Of a DNA stretch of 64,000 bases, positions 24,901-38,000 are shown piece after piece. Location: the NCBI GenBank assembly GCA_028534125.1, contig CM052832.1, positions 6,388,001-6,452,000 on the forward strand, read 5' to 3'. Under the pieces are notes generated by a model. It was not told where the DNA came from. It ran no database searches and saw nothing but the letters and a program-made list of their open reading frames with translations. The position numbers and the translations under genes are program-made. How positions within the stretch are numbered: the first letter of the stretch is position 1; each line of letters starts with the position of its first letter. The stretch comes from Lama glama (taxonomy: Eukaryota).

Positions 24901-27900
24901 GAGTGCTTGGGTTAAGGCAAACAAGAGCTCAAGACAGCTAAGAAGGTCTCTGGGTGGTCCTTGCTCAGGAATTCCACCAGGGGTAGTAGGAATTGTGACA
25001 TGGAAGTCTAACAATGCGGGCCGGGGAGGAAGGAGACCTGAATTCTTGACCTGGCGCTGCCACGAACTGGGTGTTCGTGCACCTCTCAGGAAGTGGCCTC
25101 TATCCTTCGAGCTCTTTGCGTCTCTGCATCTACCTGAATGGTGCCGCGCACTCTAGCACAGGAAACACGGGCCCAGCCAGTGCCTCCTGGGGAAGAAGCA
25201 TAGCGGCTGTTCAAGTGATGCTGATCAAGCGTTCTAGACACTTCTGGGCTGCAGTCCTTTCCTACTGAAGTGCTAGAATATTCTTCCAGCAGACTCCTTT
25301 CACATGGGGATTACCTTTCTGTTTACCTGGAACTTGTACATCAGCCCAGCAGCAAGCTCACAGGAGAGATTAGATTAGAGGCTACAATGGAAATGTAGAG
25401 AGAACTTCAGGCTGAGATCACCCTTTGGACACTGGAGATGATATGCTTAATAATCTGACATACGACCGAGACTTTCACCTTTGGTCAAGGCTGGAGGAAG
25501 ATTGGCAATGGCTTACAGCCTCTGACATTCTCCCTGGTGGCCTGGCGTGTGGGCGATAAGCTGGGTCCCTTCCGTGAAGGAACTGTAACCAACTCTCACA
25601 TGGGCATGGACTCAGGGACGTCCTAACAGTCCAGTCTTTGAAGGGTAGTTGTAATCTATAACCCCACTTGCTTCCAAATAGGGTAGACTTGATTTCAATG
25701 AGAAGCACATAATAAAAGGATGTTAAAATAGAAATGACAAGTAAATGGAACCTCTGGAGAGAAAGGGAAGATGGGGAAAAAATAGAGTGAAGCTGCGGGT
25801 CTGTAGCTGAAGGCTTTACATGCCTTATCTCCTTCCGTGCTCACCCTGAAGTACCAGCAGCTTGATGGTCAGAGAGGCTTACAGACACAAAGACTTAAAA
25901 AACCACCACAACAAAACAACTTCCTGCGGTCACAATTAACAAGTGCTGGAGCCAGATTTCAAGGTCTCCCCAACTTGATGGCTTTTTACCCTGCACGAAC
26001 CATACATGGGAATGATCTGAAGCTATGCTATCCAATATGGCAGCTACCAAACACATATGGCGGTCAAGCACTTGAATTGTGGCCAGTTCAAAGTGAGATG
26101 TGCTGCAAGGAAAAAATAAATACACACCAGATCTCACATACCTAGTATAAAAGAGCCTGCAGTATCTCATTAATAGTCTTTATGTGGATTACACATTGAA
26201 ATGTTAATATTTTAGACATATTGGGTTAAATAAAATATATTATTAAAGAGAATTTCCCTTGTTTCTTTTGTTTGTTTGTTTGTTTCTTTCTCTTTTTATG
26301 TGACTGTTAGAAAATTTGACATGACATACGTGGTGCTCACTATAGTTCGGTTGGAGGGCACTGCTCAAGAGACGTTACTCTGATTTACAAAGTCATATCT
26401 TATCAACCATGTGTCCATATCAGTTTTGTCATCGCTTAAAAGCATCTTTCTTTTGCATGCTTTTTATTGAGTTGAATATAAAGATATGAGAAATGGTTTT
26501 TATCCTCGTTCAGAGTTCCAGGCTTGATAACTAACATTCCAACTGAGGCAAAACATGCTAGCTGCCATCACCCACTGAACCTGGGGAACCACCCCAGCGT
26601 GTTCAATGTGTTTCCTTTCTGTCTTCACTGACCTGTGCATTGTCCCACCAAGGTGTGATCCCCTTGTCCGGGCTGAGTGCTGTCCTCATGGACCCAGTCA
26701 GCATCATCTCTGGTACTCTGAATCATTCCACAGATGTTTGCCTTCTCAAAAGCACAGTGGTCCAAAAAGGTGTGAGTTGTGGCTGCAAATGATATTTTTG
26801 TCACCTGGTTAAAAATGTAAGGCATCTTATTTCAAATACCTAATGTCTTAGGCTACTAAGACCTCATTGTTTAGGTACAGCAGGATCATGAGCTTTTCAT
26901 TGTCTTGATTTTTTTCCTCAAATGCAAACCCTACCATCATCCGTCAGATCGTAGAACACACCAACGTAGTTGCAGCCCTGCTCACCTCACAGAGTCAGAT
27001 GATAAAAAGGCTGATCATCGTGCTTTGCTATGAATGCCAATGATGAAGTCCTTTAGGTCAAGAATGACGTACCTATAATGCTGGGCTTTGTTCTCAGCAG
27101 ACCTTCTCTACTTACATATTAAGCAGAATTAAAGACTGTCTCTGAAGACTAGTGGAGCCATGTTAGAAAACATCTCATCTCAAGCACTGGATTACTCTAG
27201 AAACCACTAACCAGGGCAAAGAATTTTGCAAGATACAAACTGCTTCCAAGCCTATAACTACCTTGAGCTTTAGGAATGAAGCACCTTTTAAAAGGAAGCA
27301 AAAGAAGTTGGACAATTACAGCTCCTTACATTGGTCCAATATTTTCACTTTACAAAGCACAACCACATAACTGATTTTCATAACCATCCTGTGAGGTGGG
27401 GACTCACTGCAATTGTACATTCGGTTCAGCCTCTCCAGATCGACGGCACTGAAATCCAGGCGCTGCCCAATGATGGAGTTAAACTCAGGGATCTTGGCCG
27501 TGATGGTAGGGATGCTGTCATTCTTGTTAAATGAGAAAGGCTGGTAGTGCATCAGAGACTCGTAATCATATGGTGTGTTGAGGTCAGTGATGATGTTGTC
27601 AGTGTAGGTGTTAAAGTTGTGCTGGTAACCTGTCAGGGAGAGAGTCCATAGGTCCTGTTCATTCATGTCATTTCCCCATCCTACCCTCTTTGACTAGATA
27701 CTCAAGCAGAGACCAAAAAATAAAGGAGGGAGCAGAATAATGCATCTTTCATTTAAATATATAAGTATTTAACATATTTTATAATTTGCACAATGTATAT
27801 GAAATTTATATATATTAATTAATATTCACTAATAATATTGTGATATATTAATACATTATATTATAGTATATAAAATTATTATAATGAATATTAAAAGTAG

Positions 27901-30900
27901 ATGGTATAATTAATACTAAATATGTATCTATAACATATATTGTAATGTAAATATAATGTAAATATAAAATGCATATTATTAAATATATATTTAAATCAAT
28001 TTTTTATACATATAAATAAATAAGTGTGTGTGTGTGTGTGTGTGTGTGTGTACAAGGCTTTAAGAAAGAGAAGATAAAATATTGAAGTGAAGGCAGGTAT
28101 TCCAAACAGCAGGAAAAGGAATTTTTGAATTCAGGAAAACATTCAGGATTGATACATCTTGCTAACAGCCAAGTCCCTCATCCACCCAGAGTTGTACCTG
28201 GCCAGCTCTCCCACAGGTTAGGAACAAGAGATCTGAGAGGCAGACAGAAAGGTTAGCAGCTGGCAAGAAAGTGGAATCCTGTCAATCAAGGTTCACATTC
28301 TCCTGATCCAAAAATAGCCTCCATGGAGAGAAAAATAAACTAGGAAGAAAACTGACTTTCCTTTCAAAATATAAAAAGGAAAATATTTTTGATGAGATTA
28401 GTGGTTACAGCATGAGATCAGCCATAGGCAATATGTCAACAAAGGGACATGGCTGTGTCCCTGTAAAACTTTATTTACAAAAGCAAACAGATATGGCCCA
28501 AGGGCTGTGGTCTGCAGACCCCTACTAGACCTCAGTTTTTTATTTTTATTTTTTTTTCCTTAATGGAAGGGAACAGATCCAGAAAACACAATCCTGACTT
28601 AAGGAACAGAGATGGATTTGGACAGAGAACTATATTGCCAGTAGAGTATGCTGAGGTTAAATAATGAGATTGTCATCAACTGCAGATGAGATGCAATAAA
28701 AGTCATAAATCACCCTGAGCAATAAGACTGTCCTTGTTTATGATCTTAATTGGATTGGATTTGAGAAGAGTTCTCCAGTGACTGCAGGCAATTTAGATTT
28801 ATGGAATTACACCTGATGAAAACAGACAGGAGGTGAACAAACACGTTGAGTAATCCACGCTTCACGTGGAGCAAGTCTGCAAATTACCCTGGCAAACACT
28901 CAGGCTCCCTCTGAGGAAGGGGACCTCATTTGGCCTAAAACCGTCCTAAAAGCACTGAGCAAGATTTAAAAATGTGAAAGTTTTCTGCATCCTCATGTAA
29001 TTTTCAGCAGAGTTAAGTATGTGCATGAGAAAGTAAGAAACTCAGGCCTCTAGGCAAATGCAAAGTCTAACAGTGCCCTGAGCATCCCAAGCAGCGATTT
29101 GGTCCTTTGACCTGTGACCTGCACTCTTCCCCCTCTACACAGATCCATAATGCAATTACCCCTGGGAGACAAATACTTTATTTTCGGTCTGTCATCTCAT
29201 GTCTGGGTTGAATACGCTCTAGAACTACTTTAGATTGGACTGGGAGGCAATGAAGAACATTCTTTGGTCTCTAGCTCAGGGGTTGAATGGTAGGGTGGCT
29301 AGAAGTGTCTGTGTGGGATGCCAATCCTTTATTAAGAATTTACAAACCAGAGGGTTTCCTCTTCCCGCCAGCACTCCACAGTCAAGAAATATCAGAATAG
29401 AGAGGGAGATGGAGAGGTACAGACTGAGAAGCCCCAGAGGTGATTTTGATAGAATTAGCCACCTGTACCCCTGCCTCCTGGAGGAATCACTGATCCACCC
29501 TCCAAGTCCCTAAAATTCTTGGAGATGCACTGCAAGAAATGAACTCATCCATGAAACTGGGATCCAAATAAAACAGATAATTACAAGACAATGATTTGCC
29601 TCATGAAAACTGTGTGGTCATAGTTAAGGCACTTCGAATACATTCACGTTTCACTCACCTATTATTGCCAAAAATAATGCTTTTCTACTTCGTGAACTAA
29701 TTCCTAACTAAAAACCAGGTCTTTTCAGAAACACAGCATTGACTTCCTACCTGTCCCCATATAGGGAAATTGTGGGCTAATAGTGTTTTTGTGTCCTCAA
29801 AAGCACTCTGCCTAGTTGTCTGAAATGATTAAGGCAGGTAGTATCGAAGGAAATCTAACGAAACTAAAGGACATCAGAATTGTTAGAGTAACTGCATAAT
29901 AACGTGTGACATGAAATAAAACTGTGTTGACTTTTGCAAAGTATGGGCTGGTGGCAGAAGGAAAAAGATGCTTAGAAAGGCGAAAGACTTGTAAATTTTA
30001 ATTAACCAGAACTCAAACTACTAGCTAGAATTGACACAATAAGGGGTCCAATTTCAGATTAGAAGTTTGGCGGTTTTGGGGGTTTTTTTGTTTGGGTTTT
30101 TTTTTTTTTTTGCTGCTGTTGTTTTGTTTTTAAACACCTATCGTTGATTTAGTAAAGCACCAAAAAATCTTGTTTATGTCTTAGGATCATCATACAGTCA
30201 GCTAAACCTCATGTCGCCACAGATTTCACATCCAGTGAAAGGACCCTGACATCCTCAGAGATCTAATTCATTTTACTCACTCAGACAGGAAAATAGAATT
30301 TGAGATGGATTTTCAACAAAACACCGAAACAAAGCAAAATCTTCTGATTAACTTTCAGTTAAGCCCACAGTGAGTTACCTAACAGTCACCATTTCCTGAG
30401 ACCCATATCTGGGATTGGCCACAAGCAGACCAGCACAGCCCACAGGAGAGGTCATGTTCTGAGCTCCTCCTGGAGAAGGTGAAGCCCCCATTCACACATG
30501 GGTTCCTCCTGGGCATCCCAGGGTTGGTCTGAGCACATGAGAAAGATAATAGCAAACCCCACGCAACCACCGTGGGTTCATACACACCTGGAAGAATTTC
30601 ATCCCACCAGATGTTCACATAATCATCCCGGTCCGTCCTCGACTGCTCATGGTAGAACCCCAAAGCGTGCAGGATCTCGTGTTCAATGATGGCCTTATAG
30701 TCACATCCCTCGCCAATGGAAAGGTTCTGTCCCACGTGGAGGTTGCCAACCTCAGACCAGCACCTTTAAAGACAAGAGAGAAATTTTCTCCTAGACAATC
30801 CTTCAGAGACTGTAATTCATAAGATTCTAGAACACAAACTTGAAGGAAGTTAGGTTTGATTTTTAGAAAGAAATGATAAATTAGCATCCTCATGAGCTAA

Positions 30901-33900
30901 TGGTTCAACGTAGGGGACTGGTTAAAAAGGCAACATTCCCTGGAGGGAACATTACGCAGGCTTTAAAAATAACAGTCCATTATGAAAGTGGTCTGTACTC
31001 AGAGGCAAATCAATCCTGATAGTGCATCAGCTAAAAGGAAGTAAAAATTGGCATTTTTCTTCACCTATACAAACCCACAGGGCATTCCAAAGAGTAACAC
31101 TATTGCTTTTATACCACGATATTAAACTGTTTCTGAGTGGTGGCTGTGGTTGATTTAAATTTTCTCCTTTGTATTTAAATGACTCTCCAAATTTCCTGTA
31201 GTGAGCAGGTATAAATTTTACGATCATGAAAAAGAACCTCATTAAAAATGCAAGTTAATCAAGTCTACTTCTTTGGCTATAACCCAATCTGCAGCATTTT
31301 GACAGCAGGCAGCAGGCTGCCTAACTGATGTCTGAAGGGCTCCAGGCAAGAGGGACCCATAACTTTGCTCAGAAATCAGCGGACTCAGGCACTGCTGGCA
31401 GATCCTCTAAATTCCTCCTGTGCACGCTCTTTCCCTCTTTTTCCCAATCATTTTTGTCTCTTCTCATAAATCTGATTTCCCACCGCTATTAGCAAATCAG
31501 AAGCTTTACGCAAATTGTCTCTTTATCTGCTTTACATTGAAGACAGGGATCTATACTCCAACCAATGCTCAACAGAAATTTAGCAATAGTCTTAACTGCT
31601 GTCAACAGATGGCAAGTTACTTGGTGACAATCGCATTGAATTACCTGCCATTGTGTTCCCAAACAGCTAAGGTCACCTACATTCAAATGCTAACAGACTT
31701 GATTTCTACACTAGGATGGATCTTAATTATTTTCTAACCATTTTATTAAGGTATAATTTACATACTGTCACCAATTTCAAGTGTACAATTCAATGACCTT
31801 TAGTAAATGGACTGAGTTGAGCAAACATCACCATGATCACCTTGCCTCTCTGACAATAGTATTTCATGACCAGATCAGAGTTTACTTTGCAAAATATCCA
31901 TTATCTAGAGGAAATATTATTCATCTTTTTTTTTTAAAACATCTCTCCCCTAACAGAAAGGTGTAAGTTGCAAAATACCATCACTTCAGCACTCTGTGAA
32001 TCTTTGACTTTGTCTTTCTGAAAAAGGCCAGTTAAGCTCCAGATTCAGAGGACTAGGACTCTCAAGGGCTTGGGGCACTCTGGACCAGTCCCTTGACGTC
32101 TTCCTCCCTTTTCCTCTCCTCTAACTTAAAGGTAAGAGAGGCAGTTTCTGGCCATAGGCAGTGAGCCCCCAGATTCTGGTGTTACCTCTCTCCCCCCACA
32201 CCCCCCCATTCATCCTTCCCTCTCCTCTGCCTCGCCATCCTTCTCCCTTCTTCACCTCTACCACTCAGCTGGTCGTGTCACTTCACACGACGGGTAGAGG
32301 TCCTACTTCAGTCCCCCAGAGCCCGCGACACTCACCTTAGTGCATGATAACTATTCACTTGTTATTACACTCCCACCCTCTCCTGACAACTGGGAAACTT
32401 GTGAGATCTAAGAGTGCATCTCAGGCTTCTTTGTACCCACAGACTAGCATCTTCTTGGTACATAATAGGTGCTCGTAATTTTTATAAATAAAAGAATGAA
32501 TATACATAAAACAGATAAATGACAAGGTCCTACTGTATAGCACAGGGAACTATATTCAAGCACCTTGTAGTAATCTATAGCAAAAAGAATATGAAAAGGT
32601 GTGTGTGTATATATATATATATATACACATACACATATATAAATGAATCACTACACACCAGAAATTCACACAACATTGTAAATTGGCTATACTTCGATTA
32701 AAAAAAAAGAATGAATAAGTACTCAGGAAAGTAAGGTATTAACTTGTATCCAAGTAGTATCAGAATTTCATTATTTTTACTGATTTTTTTCATACTTATT
32801 TATTTTTACTCTTTTTTAATTAATAGATTTTTTTAGGATAGTTTTAGATTTATAGACAATTGAACATACAGTATGGAGAAGACCATATACTCCGTTTCCA
32901 CCCCCCAGATTCCCCTATTACTAATACGTTGCATTAATGTAGTATATTTGTTATAACTGAACCAATAATGATACATGAACTAAAGTCCATAGTTTACATA
33001 AAATGCACACTTTGTGTTGTACAGCAGTAGGGGTTTTGATAAATACATAATGTCATATATCCACCATTACAGTATCACGCAGAACAGTTTCACTGCCCTA
33101 AAAATCGTATTTCATCCCTCCCTTCCTCCTTCCTCCTCAAACCATTGGTAACCACTGATCTTTTTCTTAAATTGAAGTCCAGTTGACTTACAATATTGTG
33201 TTAGATTTAGGTGTACAGCAAAGTGATTTCATTATACATATATATATTCTATTTCAAAAAAGGTTATTACAAGATATTGAATATAGTTCCTTGTGCTATA
33301 CAGTAAACCCTTGTTGTTTACCTATTTTATATATGGTCGTGTGTATCTGTTAATCCCAAACTCTTAATTTATCCCTCCTCCCACCCCCTTTCCCCTTTGG
33401 TAACCATAAGTTTGTTTTCTATGTCTGTGAGTCTGCTTCTGTTTTGTAAATATGTGTACTTGTTTCTTAAGAGACTAAATCATGTAGTAACTTCCTTTTG
33501 TACCTCTGTTCTCCGTCCATAATTAACAAAATCCCCACCTTCAGAACTAAACAACTGAATCCAGGCAACATCTAGTGGCAGCGACGGGAACTGCAGTGTG
33601 GAGACCTCCAGGTGGGTCTTGAAGACACAAACCTACAGAGTCCTGGCAGATGATGGCTTTGCTTTCCAACTTCATCTAGTCCAGACCGGATAACAGAAAC
33701 ACCACAGAAGACAAAGCTCTTCTTTCTTCATATATCACTTACTTCTTAGAATTAAGTAACTATGAAAAGCAGACTTACATCTAGAACTTTTCAAAGAGGT
33801 CCAGCCAAAAGAGTACTAAAATTTAAAACAGTGCCTTTAAAAAGGATGCAATTTATGCTTTAATAAACCTGACTTTAAAAAAAAACTATAATTTAAAACA

Positions 33901-35060
33901 TGACCTCAAACCAGGAAAAGAATTGAGATGAGTCTCCCCAGGACCCAGAGGTATCCAAACAACTCATTCTTCACACAGCATATAGAAAATGTGATGCAGT
34001 TTTACAAAGTCACAGTGAAAGGTTTGATTTTGCTTTTGGTTTCTTTCCAATTTCTTCTTTTAGCCTTTGAAAGAGATGTGACACTTTTTATAAATCAAGA
34101 GATGTATGGTTTTCGCGCTCTGTGAAACTTCGTACTAACCCGTCAAACTTCTGAAAGATGATATATGAGCTCTCTCCTTCATAGGGCTTGAAATCCACAC
34201 AAGACTTGAGGCGAAACATTTCAAAGGCATAGAGAATGGCTCCTTTGGCATTCAGCGCTACAGAAAAAAAAATTTTTTTTAAAGTATCAATGAACCTTAT
34301 CTAGATCTTGGATAATTTATAACATAGAAACATAGAAAATCATGCCACCACATGAAATCCACAGAGGTCCATTATAGATTTTTTGGTAGTAAATAGATTC
34401 CTTGAAAACTAAATCTGAAAAATTACTTACGGATATAAATACTGGGTGCATACTTTAAATACATAAATTAAATACATCTACAAAATAAGCATACACTTAT
34501 GTACATGTGGTTGAACAAAATCCTAAAATAACTTCCCCACTTTCTCCCTTTCCTTTCCCCCCATTTAAGCAGAAATTCTGAGTACATTGCCTCAGGAGAG
34601 CCACACGGCAGAGCAGAAGACAAGTGGATAAATAGATAAAGCATCTTGGAGGGAAGCAGTGAGAATGGGGTTCCTTACCCCAATCTAAAAAGACACCCCT
34701 CCTGCTGGACGAAGAGAGCAGAGCTTAGAGAGGTTTGCGGGTTCTGGAAGCATAAGAAGTACAGGTAATATTTTATGCTGCTTCCCTGCAGGACCCCTGA
34801 GCCATGGCAAGGATAGACAGGCGGCTCTGCAGACAGCCTTAGAAAAGATTTCTGTAACAGGTTTGGAACCAAAGCAGCAGAAGTCTTATGGACCTGAAGG
34901 GGCAAGAATAAAAGATATCTAGGGTCAACCCGTGTGGATCAGTGAACAAAGATCAAATGTCATTCCCTTCCCCAAACAGCACATGCACATACCTGGATAT
35001 TGCATAAGACAAGGATAGGGTGGGGAAGAAACATATTCCGGAGGAGCAAAGATGGTGGTT

Positions 35061-35098
<38 letters not shown>

Positions 35099-38000
35099 AT
35101 CTCATCAACTCATTGGAGGTAGATCTCTAAGTCAAAAATTAAGCTGAGTTATATAAAATTAAATTATATTCCTTGCAAACTTGATTTTGTGCATTCTCTC
35201 AAAGAGTTTATAATTCTTGGTCATTTACCAAGTACTTATCTCATATTTTTCTGCCCCTAATTTCATTTAATAAACTCCCAAGTTGGATATTCCACAACTC
35301 AGATGTCATAAAATCATACTAAGGACATTAAAGAAAGTCATTGGAGTAATCAGTTAATTAACTGTGGAAACACACGGCAACAATAAGAGCATGCATTAAA
35401 CCTGTGGGAGCATTTTCCTGGACTTTTACCTGGCCTCACTTAGTAACATCTATAACTTAAAGATGTGTACCCAAGACAGCTTGGTTGTCACAAACATATC
35501 AGAAAAAAAGTTTGATGACACTAAAGTCATGCTGTCTCTCAGATTGTGTTGCTTTTGTTATCTTCAAGCCAAATGGTGGAACTGCTGAGAGCAGTTCATT
35601 TTAAAACCACGTCTCTTCTGCTTTCCCCACACCTGAGGAGACTGTCAAAGGGGAATTAAGCAACTCTGTAATAACTTTGCAAAGGCTGTCTTGACATCAC
35701 TGCAAAGGAGGGAAGTGCAGGTAAAGCCCATTCGAAGCCTCCTTCTTCACCGTGAAGCCAGCCCTGAGCGCACATCCTCTGAAAGCCACGCATGACGCTT
35801 TGTGTGTTGTCTTCATGTGGGTGGTCGGCTCCACTCAGCACACTGTTAGCTCCTTGAGAGAGAGGAGCTTAGCTTTTGCTTCGTTGTTTCTTACTTCCTA
35901 CTTCTTCATCCTGCCCTGATGTGGCAAGTTTCACATGGCTCTGTCTTGGGCAATTGTGTTAGTTTTGGAAACCACTGGTTCTCCTTAACCCTGGATCAAA
36001 CGTTTCATTGCTATGATGTCAGATCATGTTTCACTTTTGTTCCTTGTGTTGTGTCTGGTCTTATGTTAGTGTGTTTTGCATTTTAAAAATTATTACTTGG
36101 TACTCTGATCTCAGACTGGTTAAGCAGCACTGGCTTCGATGTAACGTCATGCCATTCATGCCGTGAGATAAAGAATCGTCTTGGAAACACCCTCTTATAC
36201 GTTGGGTTACTCCAAGTCTGAAGCTGACAGTCAGGAGGAAAGGGAAGGGAGAAGAGTTCAACTCAAAGCTCCTAATGAGCATCAGTGAATATTACCCAGG
36301 TTGTCGGCCAGAATGTAAGGGATGGGGAACTTCCACGTGGTGGTGGGGTCTCTCAGGCCATTTCTGGGATTCTGTAGGAACAAAGGCAAAAGTGACTGGA
36401 CGGCTGTCTCCCTAGCCTCCTCCTTCTCTAAACTCTCACACCACAAACAACATCACACAATCCAGACAGTTCAGTAGCATTTGTCTTCTGATTGTAAAAA
36501 CGATAGAAGTGCATTATAGACCATTTGGAAAATTTAGAGAAATCATTGAGAACCAACTAAAGGAGACCTACAACTCCTTGAAACTGAAAGAGCCACTTAA
36601 AATATGGTGGCCAATTTCCATCTCTCTCATACATCACTTATTAAGAAAATTGGATGGATAAGCAATTTCATCATTGTAGACTTTTCTGTACTGTTTGCCA
36701 ATGTTTTAGTCTGTTTTTGTTACCAGTAACCACATGGTACCAATTATCAATGAGATTTTTTTCTTCTCCTCCACAGTTGCCCTCCCAGGGCTGGACACAG
36801 AGCAGAGGCTCAATCCTATGATACAGCCAGTCCTGGGGACAGTTTCTGTGTCACTGGCAGGCACTCACCCGCAGGAGGATGTCCCCTTGAAAGAGGTCCA
36901 AGCCTGCAGCTAGACATGGATTTTAAGAACAGAAATACTTGAATGAGAATTACTAAAAGGCATCTCACATAATAAAGTGAATCTTTTCCATTGTAAAATT
37001 TTAGTTGTTAATTTTTATGTGGTGAAACTCTTTTTGAAACAATGCAAAAATTCCTTCTAATAGCAAATAGCCAATAAATATCATGTATTGTCACATCCTC
37101 TGTTTTATTTTTTGGAACAAGAAACCTAGAGGGTATTCTGTTTAGTGATATAAGTCAGACAAAGGCTCTGTGTTATTGCTTATAGGTAGAATCTAAAAAA
37201 TAAAACGAACTAGGGAATATAACAAAACAGAAACATACTTACAGATACAGAGAACAAATCAATGGTCACCAGTGGGGAGAGAGAAGGGGGTGGGAAGGGG
37301 GGCAAGATAGGGGTGGGGGATTAAGAGGTACAAACTACTGTGTATAAAATAAATAAGCTACAAGGATATATTGTACAGCACAGGGAATATAGTCAATAAT
37401 TTACAATAACTATAAATGGAATATTATCCATAAAAATATTGAATCTCTGTGTTGTACCCTGAAACTAATATAATGGTGTAAATCAACTATACATCAATGA
37501 AGAAAAAGAAACATTGTCCAATAATCTTAAAAGTAAGGGTTGGAAGGAATCTTTTTGGTCATCGGCTCAAAACCTCTCACCCTGTGGTGTCAAAATGGGA
37601 CGTCCTGAGACAGGACGTGAGGTCCTGGGTGGTCAGCAGCTGAGTGAGCTGTAGCACTCCTGACTTCCCACCCAGGGCCCTTTCCGCTATTATGCCATCC
37701 TTCTTCCCAACTCTAGTTAACTGGGTTGATTTTGTTCTTCCCCATGGGGGGAAAAAAAACAATGGCACCCTCCAAAGCCAAGCTGAATGTACTGCCTTTA
37801 TAATAAAGAAGAACAGGCAAATATGGGTAGATCTATTCAAAACTGCAAACATCTGCTTCCAGGAGCTTAGCAGAATGTACTTTCTCCCTGATGGTAGCCC
37901 TTGATTCTGGTCTCAGACTGTTTCTGAAAGTACGATCCTTAAAAGGGAAGACCCCTGTGGGAAAACAATAGGCATTTAAAAGAATGTCACTTATTACAAC

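Noticed and set aside
35351..35364. Perfect 14-bp palindrome CAGTTAATTAACTG resembling an HNF1 site
   Set aside because: Half-site spacing does not fit GTTAATNATTAAC, and an isolated AT-rich palindrome can occur by chance
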